The notes: generated from the sequence alone by a model not told the origin. A stretch of DNA of 64,000 nt from Candidatus Nanoarchaeia archaeon (GCA_035289845.1 DATDWB010000028.1:4662-68661), one strand, 5' to 3'. Positions 1 to 9,293 are shown, numbered from the stretch's first letter. A program made the numbers and translations.

Positions 1-1
1 G

Positions 2-448
2 GTGATGTTCTCGGGAGCCGGTCCATTTCCACTGGTGATTGCCAAGAATTCTCCCGCAAAGAAAGTTTTGGGTATTGAAATTAATCCTTTTGCCCACCAA
101 TATTCATTAAATAATTTAGAATTGAATAAGCTGAAAGACCGGGTAATTTTCTATCCAGGCGAGGTGCGTAAAGTAATACCTAAGCTTAAATCCAAATTTA
201 ACCGGATTGTAATGCCCCTGCCTAAAAGCAGCGAAGAATATTTAGATTTAGCTTTAAAAAAGATTAAACCGGGCGGGGTAATTCATTTGTACTTATTTTT
301 AGAAAAATCCAAAATTGTTCAGAACGCTAAACGGATAAAAGAATTATGTTTAAAGTATGGTTATGGGGTAAAAATATTGCGTAAAGTCAAATGTGGGCAG
401 TACTCACCCAGCGTATATAGAGTGTGTTTGGATTTGAAGGTGGAGTAG
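2..448 (+). CDS. Trm5/Taw2-like class I SAM-dependent tRNA methyltransferase, C-terminal fragment (5' end lies outside the window)
   Basis: Open at the window edge. Translation (GAGPFPLVIAK...VLGIEINPFA...) matches the Met-10+/Trm5 methyltransferase fold. Stop TAG at 446-448. Confidence 0.55.
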   Translation: MMFSGAGPFPLVIAKNSPAKKVLGIEINPFAHQYSLNNLELNKLKDRVIFYPGEVRKVIPKLKSKFNRIVMPLPKSSEEYLDLALKKIKPGGVIHLYLFLEKSKIVQNAKRIKELCLKYGYGVKILRKVKCGQYSPSVYRVCLDLKVE

Positions 449-654
449 GAATTCAAAGAAACACTCAAAATATTCTGTTTAAGCGGTAGAATTTCACTAG
501 TCAGTTCCTTAGGAAATTCACAAATGATAGTGCAGAAATGATAGGGATTTGATATTGACCAGTGGGGTGGTCACGAGCATTTTGACTAATATTTTAATAC
601 TTTAACCTAAAAAAATCTTAAATAAAACAAAAAAAATAAAATTTAGAAAACTGC

Positions 655-939
655 TTATCCTTCGTAAGACTCTTCTTCACTTTCTTCGTCAGAATCGTTG
701 GATCTTTCCCTGCGTTCAGGTTGAGCTCCTTCCATCTCCGATGCTTTCTGCAATAATTGGACATTTTGAGCTTTAAGTCCTCTATCGCTTTCGGCAGTCT
801 CAAACGATACTTTGTCGCCGTCTCTTAGGAATGTTCCCTGAGGTAAGGCTGTGAAATGTACAAAATAGTCATTTCCGTCATCACCGGTTACAAAACCGAA
901 ACCTTTTTTTCTGTTGTAAAACTTTACTTTTCCTTCCAT
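655..939 (-). CDS. csp: Cold-shock protein (CspA family OB-fold) with an acidic C-terminal tail
   Basis: ATG at 939, SD AAGGTGA upstream. KGFGFV (RNP1) and VHF (RNP2) motifs are present. The C-terminus is Asp/Glu/Ser-rich (SNDSDEESEEESYEG). Confidence 0.85.
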   Translation of the reverse strand: MEGKVKFYNRKKGFGFVTGDDGNDYFVHFTALPQGTFLRDGDKVSFETAESDRGLKAQNVQLLQKASEMEGAQPERRERSNDSDEESEEESYEG

Positions 940-1094
940 TTTCTTTGTTCACCTTTATGCTTTAAAACCGCAGCCTTATTTAGCTACTTGGGGGTGGAAT
1001 AGAGCCTGTTTTATAAACTTTACTGCTAAAATTAAGGGGAAACTTTATAAATCAAGGTGGGAATGGTTTAAATAAGGTTTAAAATTATACTTAT

Positions 1095-1200
1095 CCATGG
1101 GGGCTGTTGCCCAAGAGTGGAATGCGCAATGACGGTAGTGAACACCAACTGAGCTTAGGCCGTGATGAACGGTAGTAACTTCCCAGCGCACACTGATCTT
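1095..1200. ncRNA. Candidate small structured RNA (GC-rich island with C/D-box-like motifs)
   Basis: About 52% GC in a roughly 30% GC intergenic region. Contains GUGAUGA at 1163-1169, CUGA at 1149-1152 and 1194-1197, and an internal direct repeat ACGGTAGT(G)AAC. No cloverleaf could be folded. Confidence 0.2.
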
Positions 1201-1286
1201 GGATAATAATTAATTGATGATTTCTTGATATTTTATAGACTTGTTTATCAATGTTAAAGACTAAGACTTAATATTTACCTACCATC

Positions 1287-2504
1287 TTAACCCAGCATAG
1301 ACTTATGTTCGTCATCGCCGTCATCTTCTACTTTTATTTTGTCAATAGCTTGAAGAAAATCCTCTCGAGTTACATAATCCCGGTTGTCACGTATAGCTCC
1401 GAATCCGGCTTCGGTACATACGGCTTTGATCTCAGCTCCAGTCAAATCTGCGGTTAAAGTAGATAATTCTTTCAACTTTACCTTGTTGAGGTTCATCCTT
1501 TTGGTGTGGACTTTGAGAATTTCTAATCTACCTTCCTCATCCGGCAGACCAATTTCAATTAATCTATCCAGCCTGCCTGGCCGAATTATAGCCTGATCCA
1601 AAATATCTATCCGGTTAGTAGCTCCGATAATTTTGACGTTATCCAAAGGTTCAAAACCATCTATTTCGGCTAATAACTGCATAAAAGTACGGCTGACTTC
1701 TCTTTCACCAGAGGTTCCGGTGTCCATTCTAGTTGCGGCTAAAGAATCAATCTCATCAATAAACACAATTGTAGGGGCCTTACTCCTGGCTAAACTAAAC
1801 ATCTCTTTGACTAACTTAGCTCCTTCTCCAATAAATTTTTGCACTAATTCCGATCCGACAACTTCAATGAAGGTGGCGTTAGTACTGTTGGCGACGGCTT
1901 TAGCTAGCAAAGTCTTCCCCGTACCGGGAGGACCATATAATAAAATTCCTTTAGGCGGATGAATTCCAACTTTTTCAAACAACTTAGGGTTTTTCAATGG
2001 AAGTTCAATTACTTCCTTAATTTCCCGGATTTCTTTCTTAAGTCCACCAATTTCACTCCAACTTTCTTTAGGTTTATCCAAAATAATAAATTTTTCCACA
2101 TCGGAGTTAGAGTTGATATCAATCTTATCAACTACATTGAGAGTTTTTTGATCAATAAGGATAGAGTCCCCCGGTTTAAGATCCTTAATGTCTTTAGAAA
2201 CATAACTATAAAATTTATTTCCGTTAGGCAGACGAACCACGGCGCTTTTATTGCCAAATACATTTACTGCCTCGGCAACTAATAAAGATGGTTTTTTAAG
2301 ATTATTTAATTCGCTGCTGGCATTGTTAAACAATTCCCGCAGCATAGCCCCCTCTTCTTCCAGCCGGTTAAGGGCGCCTTTCATGATTCTTTTTTCTTCC
2401 TCTAACTTTTTCATGGAATGGGACAACAATTTGTTTTCTGATTCCAAGTCTGGAAGGTTAATCGTTTCAGAATAAATTATTTTTTTAGTTTCTTCTTGGT
2501 CCAT
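1287..2504 (-). CDS. pan: Proteasome-activating nucleotidase PAN (AAA+ ATPase)
   Basis: N-terminal coiled coil, Walker A GPPGTGKTLLAKAVA, 405 aa. Typical archaeal PAN/Rpt architecture. Confidence 0.92.
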   Translation of the reverse strand: MDQEETKKIIYSETINLPDLESENKLLSHSMKKLEEEKRIMKGALNRLEEEGAMLRELFNNASSELNNLKKPSLLVAEAVNVFGNKSAVVRLPNGNKFYSYVSKDIKDLKPGDSILIDQKTLNVVDKIDINSNSDVEKFIILDKPKESWSEIGGLKKEIREIKEVIELPLKNPKLFEKVGIHPPKGILLYGPPGTGKTLLAKAVANSTNATFIEVVGSELVQKFIGEGAKLVKEMFSLARSKAPTIVFIDEIDSLAATRMDTGTSGEREVSRTFMQLLAEIDGFEPLDNVKIIGATNRIDILDQAIIRPGRLDRLIEIGLPDEEGRLEILKVHTKRMNLNKVKLKELSTLTADLTGAEIKAVCTEAGFGAIRDNRDYVTREDFLQAIDKIKVEDDGDDEHKSMLG

Positions 2505-2529
2505 TTGAGCTATAAAATCAGTTTGCTTT

Positions 2530-2800
2530 TTAAAAGTTGTGAGGAAAGAGGCTCGGTCCTCAATCTAACTCTGTAGCCCGGCCATTCACTCTTAGGCCGG
2601 ATAATTGTACTGTCCGACCTTCGTAGGTCCAGTCAATTCATTACGTTGGTGGAGTTTCCGATCGGAAACAGCCGTCCATCCGGGGCAAAGAACCGTGTAA
2701 GAAGATGTCCGCAGAAAAACTGACAACAATCAGTTTTCAGCGCAAAAATGAGATAGTTTTCTCATTTTTTGCGCTCATCTTAAGGCGGTGACAACAACAT
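2530..2800 (+). ncRNA. Candidate structured ncRNA (GC-rich, about 50% GC) with a terminal hairpin; identity unresolved
   Basis: A 630-nt non-coding gap lies between PAN and the small basic-protein gene. The segment 2530-2720 is GC-rich with multiple short helices. A strong hairpin GCGCAAAAATGAGA/TCTCATTTTTTGCGC lies at 2740-2775. Strand is assumed. No clear RNase P or SRP signature motifs were matched. Confidence 0.3.
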
Positions 2801-3135
2801 TTAGGATAGATCCTACGAAGAACTAAAATTTTGAATTTGGGGTTTTAATTTCTTAACTGGGTTTGATACCCCGTTGCTCTGCAACGATTAATCAATGATT
2901 ACCCAGTTAAGATTAAAAAATTCCAACTAATTAAATACCCCACAGCTCTGCTGCGATTGGGATTTTTTATTAATTTCAGGTTTAATTATTTATTTAGCTG
3001 GCAGTTATGTTTATTTTTTTAATTTTTTTTTCCAAACAGGTTTATGGAAATAAACTTTTTTAAAATTCAATTTATAGAAACTTTTAAAAAGGAAAACTAC
3101 TTACTTACCTTATAAAATTAAATTAAAGAGGTGTT

Positions 3136-3279
3136 ATGATGGCTAAAAAAAGAAAAGCTAGCTCTTCTAGTAAGAAGAAAACAACCAAGAGAAAAACTAC
3201 GAAGAGAAAGACAACCGCTAGAAAAAGCACTAAAAAGAAATCTGGTGTTAAAAAGCGAACAACTAAAAGAAAAAGATAA
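3136..3279 (+). CDS. Small lysine/arginine-rich basic protein (47 aa, MMAKKRKASSSSKKKTTKRKTTKRK...)
   Basis: Too short for the ORF track. SD AAAGAGGTG lies 5 nt upstream of ATG. Ends TAA at 3277-3279. The track's antisense ORF 3118-3321 is rejected. Confidence 0.55.
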   Translation: MMAKKRKASSSSKKKTTKRKTTKRKTTARKSTKKKSGVKKRTTKRKR

Positions 3280-3420
3280 GTTTAATTCTTTTTTTATTTT
3301 TTTTATTTTTAAAGTTAACAAATTCTAAAATTTATAGTTAGTCTAAAATGGTTGGTTTATTTAGTAATAGATAAATTTTAGTTAGGAGTTAAGATTGTAA
3401 ATTAATTTTTGGGGTAATAT

Positions 3421-5376
3421 TCAATAAAAAATTCTATTTAGGAACATTTTTATTCGATCTAAAATGGTTTTGGCCTGGCCTTGCACTACAATTTCCTCAT
3501 TATAATAAAAACTGTGGTTAAATTTATCTTTCCAAGCGGCAGTTATCTTAAATTTGTTCTCTTTTTTTAACGGAAAATTTTCCAAGTTCAGAATGATTGA
3601 ATGTTCATTTTTTAAATCTTCCAATTGCCATTCATTTCTAAAACTGCCTTCTTCAAGTAAAAGGGCGATATCTTCGGGTATGGAAAAAGAGTTTTTGTTT
3701 AAAGTGATATTAAAGCTGAAAGGCTGACCGTAAGCAACTTGTGCCGGCAGGCCGGCGGCAATTTTTAAGTCAGGATCATCTATTACTACATATTCTAAAG
3801 AGGTTTTCTTTTCTATATCTCCATTTTCAGCCCTTACAATTATTTTTTTCCATCCGGTGGTGCTAGTATCTATGGTTAGAGAGTGTTCAACTTGTTGATT
3901 AATTGGCAAATCAATAGTTTTACAGTCAGAATTTAAGCAAAATTTAAGATCCAATAAATTAGTATTACCAATATTTTTTAAATTGCAGTTAACAGCAGCT
4001 GAAGTGTTTAATTTTATTTCCTGGTTGTATTCACAATTAAATAATGTTTTTCGAGAATAGCTTTTATCTTCATCAGTTATCATTAGTTTGGATATGTCTT
4101 TTTCAGTGTAAAACACAGTGTCTTCCCTAGATATGAAAGAGCTGTCAACAGAAACATTTTTTTCAGAGTAAATCAAGAGTGGAAAACTGTAATAATAGCC
4201 TGATTTCAGGTTTTCAGATATTTTTATTATCCAATAGGTTTCTTTTACTTCCTTGGGTGCCAATAGGACGTTTCGCCGGCCTCTACCTACAACTTCCAAG
4301 CTTTCTGGCACAGCCAAATTTAAAGTAGTGGATAAATAATAGTCCGCCGTATTTTTGAGTATCCCTTTAACTAAGTTATAACTCCCCAAATCTACTTCAT
4401 TAGACAATATTTCGGAGCTAAGCTGGATTTTTTCGGGTACAGGCGTACCTTTTTTTTCTATATGGAGGTAAAATTGCAGGGGTTTGGTTTCGACTTGGAC
4501 ATTATTTGATTTCCAGCTAAATTCTACCGCTCCTTCAGTAGGATCGACACTTTCGGATAGCTTAACATGAGTAACGTCTATATAGCCGTATTCACCAAAA
4601 GTAATATCAAAACTAACCCAGCCAATAGTTGGAAAATAAACTTCCGCCCAACCGTGGGGCTGCCAGTTTTCAATGAAAAGTTCTGAAGTAGTATAACTAA
4701 TTCCGGATACAAATCTAGCAGGTATACCTAATGAACGGGCCATAGCAATGAATAAGGAGGTCATTTCATCACACACTCCCTGTTTATTTTGCAGAACCCA
4801 GCTGGCGGTTTGAGAAGCTTTAGCAGTTAAAGTATTTAGTTCGTATTTAATATTACCCTCTACCCAATCAGCTAATTTAAACACCACCTTAAATAAATCA
4901 TCTTCTCCATCGGCTAACTCAGAGGCGATAGCTATAATTTTGGGATCATCTGAATTTATAATAGTCGTGGGAGATAAATAATCCTCCCCATCCTGGATTT
5001 CTGGTGAAATTAGGGGGAAAGGAATTTTAGTCTTAACTTTGATGATTTCATTATTAGTCTCGATTAAGGCTTGATAGCTAAAAGTCTTAATTTCAAATTT
5101 ATGATCTTCCCAATTAAATATTACAGTATTATTTTTTACTTCACCAGCGGTATTTTCTTGGAGGATTGTCTGGCGGAAGTCTTCCCGCGGGTAAAGTTTA
5201 AGTTGAGCGGATACTTGCTCTAATTGGGGATTTTCTCCAGAAGGTTTTAGTTGAAATTCCCCAGAGATGGTAAGGTCAATGATTAATTTATCTTGTATGT
5301 AAAGATTTTCTTCCTGAGCGGAAACGGATATTAATAATACTAAAAATAAGACTAGGCTCAGAAAGTTCTTATTCAT
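3421..5376 (-). CDS. Secreted transglutaminase-like protein (Cys-His-Asp papain-like core)
   Basis: N-terminal signal peptide MNKNFLSLVLFLVLLISVSAQ. Transglutaminase core motif QGVCDEMTSLF...HGWAEVYF...SFD. Confidence 0.7.
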   Translation of the reverse strand: MNKNFLSLVLFLVLLISVSAQEENLYIQDKLIIDLTISGEFQLKPSGENPQLEQVSAQLKLYPREDFRQTILQENTAGEVKNNTVIFNWEDHKFEIKTFSYQALIETNNEIIKVKTKIPFPLISPEIQDGEDYLSPTTIINSDDPKIIAIASELADGEDDLFKVVFKLADWVEGNIKYELNTLTAKASQTASWVLQNKQGVCDEMTSLFIAMARSLGIPARFVSGISYTTSELFIENWQPHGWAEVYFPTIGWVSFDITFGEYGYIDVTHVKLSESVDPTEGAVEFSWKSNNVQVETKPLQFYLHIEKKGTPVPEKIQLSSEILSNEVDLGSYNLVKGILKNTADYYLSTTLNLAVPESLEVVGRGRRNVLLAPKEVKETYWIIKISENLKSGYYYSFPLLIYSEKNVSVDSSFISREDTVFYTEKDISKLMITDEDKSYSRKTLFNCEYNQEIKLNTSAAVNCNLKNIGNTNLLDLKFCLNSDCKTIDLPINQQVEHSLTIDTSTTGWKKIIVRAENGDIEKKTSLEYVVIDDPDLKIAAGLPAQVAYGQPFSFNITLNKNSFSIPEDIALLLEEGSFRNEWQLEDLKNEHSIILNLENFPLKKENKFKITAAWKDKFNHSFYYNEEIVVQGQAKTILDRIKMFLNRIFY

Positions 5377-5504
5377 AGAAGGATTTAGTCTTAAATAAGA
5401 TATAAAGTTAACTGTTGGCCGCCTTGGTGTCGTATCCTTAAACTATTTCCCTACAAGCCTTTCCCTACGAAATATTTTTAAGTTAAGTTGGTCTATAGCT
5501 ATTC

Positions 5505-6953
5505 ATGTCTTTATATTTATTCAATACTCTGACCAAAAAGAAAGAAAAATTTGTTCCGATATCCAAAAGCAAGGTAGGTCTTTACACCTGCGGCCCAACA
5601 GTTTATAATTCAGCCCATATCGGCAATCTAAGAGCTTACGTGTTTGAAGATGTCTTGAAAAGAACACTTTTTTTTAATGGATTTAAAGTTAAGCATGTCT
5701 TAAACATTACCGATGTTGGCCATTTAACTTCTGATGCTGATGAAGGTGAGGATAAGATGACCAAAGGGTTAAGGAGAGATGGCCTACCATTAACTTTAGC
5801 CGGCATGAAGAAGCTGGCCCAAAAATATACTAATTTGTTTGTTAAGGATATTAAACGACTTAATGTTATTTTGCCGGATGAAATGCCTAAAGCCAGTGAA
5901 AATATTGCAGAGGATATCGATCTGATTGAAAAATTAGATAAAAATGGATTTATCTACCAGATTGAGGATGGTGTTTATTTTGATACTTCCAAGCTGCCAG
6001 ATTATGGCCAGCTGGTAAATGGTAAAATAGATATAGATGAAGGACATCAAAGGATAAAGAAAGGCGGAAAAAAAAATAATAAGGACTTTGCCCTGTGGAA
6101 ATTCAATAATAAGCTGGGTTGGGATTCTAAATATGGTAAAGGTTTTCCCGGCTGGCATATAGAATGTTCAGCCATGGCCACTAAATATTTAGGTGAAAAA
6201 TTTGACATCCACTGCGGTGGTAAAGAACACATTGCAGTGCATCACACTAACGAAATTGCTCAATCAGAAGCGGCTTGGGGCAAGAAACCATGGGTTAAAT
6301 ATTGGCTGCATCATGAATGGTTAGAATTGGGTGGAAAAAAGATGGCCAAGTCTGGAGAAAATTTTATAACCCTATCACTTTTGGAAGAAAAATCATTTTC
6401 TCCATTGGATTTTCGATATTTGTGCTTAGGTACACATTACCGCAAACCGCTAATGTTTAACTATGGTGCTTTGGAAGGGGCAAGCCAAGCTAGAAAAAAA
6501 TTGGAAGAAAAAATGAAGGAATTTAAGTCTGAGTCCAAGATTATAGACTTAAAATCTAATTTATCCAATCCTAAAAAAATAAACAACCCGTTAATTAAAA
6601 AATATCAAGTTAAATTTTCAACTGAAGTTAATGATGACTTAAATACTCCGCAAGCCTTAGCTACCTTATGGGAGGTAATAAAGGACAAACAACTTAATGA
6701 GGGAAGTAAATATTATTTGCTTCTTCAATTTGATCGGATTTTTGGACTCAACTTAGGGCTGCTTAAAAAAGTGCAAAAGCAATTAAAAGTACCGCTTAAA
6801 GTAAAGCAGTTAGCGGAAGAGAGGTTGATTGCCCGCCAAAATAAAGATTGGAAAACAGCCGATAAAATCCGGCAGGAAGTAACTGATTTTGGCTATGTAG
6901 TTGAAGATACAAATGAGGGTTATAAATTCAAGAAGTTAGATGAAGTGAGCTAA
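5505..6953 (+). CDS. cysS: Cysteinyl-tRNA synthetase
   Basis: HIGH region CGPTVYNSAHIGNLR, KMSKS as KMAKSGENF, Zn-binding Cys residues. 482 aa. Confidence 0.92.
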   Translation: MSLYLFNTLTKKKEKFVPISKSKVGLYTCGPTVYNSAHIGNLRAYVFEDVLKRTLFFNGFKVKHVLNITDVGHLTSDADEGEDKMTKGLRRDGLPLTLAGMKKLAQKYTNLFVKDIKRLNVILPDEMPKASENIAEDIDLIEKLDKNGFIYQIEDGVYFDTSKLPDYGQLVNGKIDIDEGHQRIKKGGKKNNKDFALWKFNNKLGWDSKYGKGFPGWHIECSAMATKYLGEKFDIHCGGKEHIAVHHTNEIAQSEAAWGKKPWVKYWLHHEWLELGGKKMAKSGENFITLSLLEEKSFSPLDFRYLCLGTHYRKPLMFNYGALEGASQARKKLEEKMKEFKSESKIIDLKSNLSNPKKINNPLIKKYQVKFSTEVNDDLNTPQALATLWEVIKDKQLNEGSKYYLLLQFDRIFGLNLGLLKKVQKQLKVPLKVKQLAEERLIARQNKDWKTADKIRQEVTDFGYVVEDTNEGYKFKKLDEVS

Positions 6954-6996
6954 AGAGAAGTTTGCATAATTAAATTATTTATCCGCAAACTTCTCT
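6954..6996. repeat. Palindromic repeat element, copy A (12-bp perfect inverted repeat AGAGAAGTTTGC / GCAAACTTCTCT around a 19-nt loop)
   Basis: Identical 43-bp copies occur at 21109 (truncated) and 29513. Begins 1 nt after the cysS stop codon. Confidence 0.9.
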
Positions 6997-7026
6997 AAAC
7001 TAAGCTAAAAGTTTTTATAAATCCGG

Positions 7027-7260
7027 TTAAAAGTTATAATTAATGATTTTTTCTAGGTTATGTTTTGGAAAATTATTGGCGATGATATTAGGGACATATT
7101 TGTTAATATCAGACTCATAGCCTGCTTTATTCTCTAAAATGCTAGGAATTTTTGTCCCAGCACATCCTTTCCGGGAACAATCATAAACTAAAGAGGTTGA
7201 TCCTACAATTAATCCCAGCAATAAGATGCAGCCTTTAAGTCGAGTGGTATATTTGCTCAT
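7027..7260 (-). CDS. Small Cys-containing secreted/membrane-anchored hypothetical protein
   Basis: N-terminal hydrophobic segment CILLLGLIVGSTS. 77 aa with four Cys. Confidence 0.4.
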   Translation of the reverse strand: MSKYTTRLKGCILLLGLIVGSTSLVYDCSRKGCAGTKIPSILENKAGYESDINKYVPNIIANNFPKHNLEKIINYNF

Positions 7261-7326
7261 GGTAGTTAAAGTAGTTATTTATATTAATTATTTAAAAATG
7301 ATTGGCTTAAAACATAAGTATAACTA

Positions 7327-7590
7327 TTATTTACCTCCTGCTAGAGCTTGTTTAACAGCCTTAGGGTCATAACCTATGATTATGCTGCCACCGATGGTTA
7401 TAACTGGAACTCCGCTTTGGCCGGATAGGCGGATCATTTCATTACGAGCCTGGTCATTGGAAGTGACATCATATTCAGTATAATTAATTTTATTATCTTT
7501 AAGAAAATCTTTAGCTTTTTTACACCAGGGGCAAGACGGAGTGGTGTAAATTTTAACTTTAGGTTTAATCTTAGTTAGTGTTTTGGCCAA
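7327..7590 (-). CDS. Glutaredoxin/NrdH-like thioredoxin-fold protein
   Basis: CPWC active site (TTPSCPWCKKAKDFL), 87 aa. TTG start. Confidence 0.8.
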   Translation of the reverse strand: MAKTLTKIKPKVKIYTTPSCPWCKKAKDFLKDNKINYTEYDVTSNDQARNEMIRLSGQSGVPVITIGGSIIIGYDPKAVKQALAGGK

Positions 7591-7751
7591 ATCTAGGGTG
7601 GTTAGGAGTTATTACTTATATTATTTTCGGTTGGACAATCTAAGTAAAAAAATGGCGATTCGAATGCTTTTTAATAAGTTAATTTTAAATAGAATAAATG
7701 ATTATAAATAATAGTTAATAAATAATACTTAAACAAAAAGGTTAATTTAAA

Positions 7752-8582
7752 TTGAAAAATTCACGTAAAATAATCTCCTTAAAAGTAATTTTGGTGCTGT
7801 GTATACTTGGTTTTATAACTTCCTTATACTTGATATATAATCACTATTCCCTAGAATCGACAGCCTGTGATTTTGGAAATCTGGTTTCTTGTTCAATTGT
7901 TAACAGCAGTATATTCTCTGAACTGTTCAATGTTCCGGTAGCTTTATTTGGAGCATTGTGGTTTGTAGTGTTAGCAGTTATCACCTTCCAATCTTTTAAA
8001 AAAAAACATTATCTGGCGTATTCCTTGGTTTGGAATATAGTGGGAATACTATTCGTGTTCTATCTGGTGTGGGCGGAAACTTTCTTAGGAGCATTATGCC
8101 CTTACTGTACAGTTGTCCACATAATTATTACCCTCACTTTAATTCTGTCAATAATTCTATTTATGGCTGAGAAAGCGGCGCTGTCTTTCAAATTGTTAAG
8201 TTTAGGCAGAAGCTTTATTTTGGCAATTGTAGTGATTTATTTATTGGCCGTATTGTTGTTTAATATACCCTGGAGTGGAAAAAATAATTATGATCTCGAA
8301 GCTCAGTGTATAACTGAAAAAGGGGTTAACATGTACGGATCATTTCGCTGTGGTGTCTGCGCCAAAACCAGAGCTATGTTTGGCGATTCTTTCCAATATA
8401 TAAATGAAATAGAATGCCATCCCCAAGGAGAGAACTCACAAACTGAATTGTGTCTGCAGAAAGGCATAAAATTAACTCCAACCTGGATCCTTGAACCAAT
8501 GGGAGTGGAACAGAAAAGGCAGGAGGGTTTCAGGTCAGTAGATGAACTTAAAGTATTTGCTGGATGTGAAGTTGAGCCCTAA
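7752..8582 (+). CDS. Vitamin K epoxide reductase (VKOR)-family membrane protein fused to a C-terminal thioredoxin-like domain
   Basis: Five TM helices with a loop Cys pair (CDFGNLVSC) and a TM CxxC (CPYC). C-terminal CGVC thioredoxin-like domain. TTG start. Confidence 0.7.
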   Translation: MKNSRKIISLKVILVLCILGFITSLYLIYNHYSLESTACDFGNLVSCSIVNSSIFSELFNVPVALFGALWFVVLAVITFQSFKKKHYLAYSLVWNIVGILFVFYLVWAETFLGALCPYCTVVHIIITLTLILSIILFMAEKAALSFKLLSLGRSFILAIVVIYLLAVLLFNIPWSGKNNYDLEAQCITEKGVNMYGSFRCGVCAKTRAMFGDSFQYINEIECHPQGENSQTELCLQKGIKLTPTWILEPMGVEQKRQEGFRSVDELKVFAGCEVEP

Positions 8583-9293
8583 ATGTTGCCGGACGGATTA
8601 ACTATCCCCCTAATTATCGCAGCGGCTTTAGCTGACAGTATTAATCCCTGTGTGTTTGGTGTCCTCATCTTTCTATGTGCATTTATGCTGAAGACTTTTA
8701 AAAATCCCCTAAAGATGCTGTGGGGAGGATTGTTATACTCCTTGGTGGTTTACCTTACTTATTTATTAATTGGATTGGGGTTTATCCAATTTACAGTTTC
8801 ATTTGGTGTTTCAGTAATTGTTTATTGGATAGCGGCAGTTCTGGCCATACTGGCAGGGTTGATTGAAATTAAGGATTTTTTTTGGTATGGTAAGGGATTT
8901 AGCCTGCAAATAATTCCAGGAGCAGCTAAGAGGATAGGTTATTATACCACTAGAATAAAGAAAAGTTACAGTTCTCGAAGTTATAGGGGTTATTTAGGCG
9001 CCGGACTGTTAGTGGTGTTTGTAGTTTTAGTAGAATTACCTTGTACTGGCGCCCCTTACCTAGTGGTTTTAGCATTGATCGGACAGGGAAATTATGTTCA
9101 AGGTCTACCCCTGCTATTATTGTACAATCTGATATTTATCCTGCCCCTCCTAGTAATAATCGGATTAGTTTATGCTGGAAAATCAGCACAAGCCTTGGAA
9201 AAATGGCGTAAGGAAAATAGAAAATGGATGAGGCTGGGAGTAGGTTTGTTTTTAATTGCGTTGGGAATTTACATGATTTTTACTATTAGTTGA
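8583..9293 (+). CDS. ccdA: CcdA/DsbD-family thiol-disulfide transporter (cytochrome c biogenesis CcdA-like)
   Basis: Multipass membrane protein with the two conserved TM cysteines (SINPCVFGVL and LPCTGAPY). Start overlaps the VKOR stop (TAAATG). Confidence 0.75.
   Translation: MLPDGLTIPLIIAAALADSINPCVFGVLIFLCAFMLKTFKNPLKMLWGGLLYSLVVYLTYLLIGLGFIQFTVSFGVSVIVYWIAAVLAILAGLIEIKDFFWYGKGFSLQIIPGAAKRIGYYTTRIKKSYSSRSYRGYLGAGLLVVFVVLVELPCTGAPYLVVLALIGQGNYVQGLPLLLLYNLIFILPLLVIIGLVYAGKSAQALEKWRKENRKWMRLGVGLFLIALGIYMIFTIS

Noticed and set aside
1095-1200. Possible tRNA (minus strand shows AGCUCAGUUGGU-like D-loop)
   Set aside because: Could not complete a cloverleaf (no matching D-stem 3' arm, no T-loop). 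Kept only as a low-confidence ncRNA candidate.
2530-2800. RNase P RNA or SRP RNA identity for the GC-rich intergenic RNA
   Set aside because: A GAGGAAAG start resembles the RNase P P4 5' strand. The complementary ACAGAA..GGCUUA block and the GGUAAGAGCGCACC motif are absent. No SRP AGCAGCC motif. Identity left open.
3118-3321. 67-aa minus-strand ORF in track
   Set aside because: Antisense to the SD-preceded lysine-rich micro-ORF. Low-complexity Ser/Phe translation.
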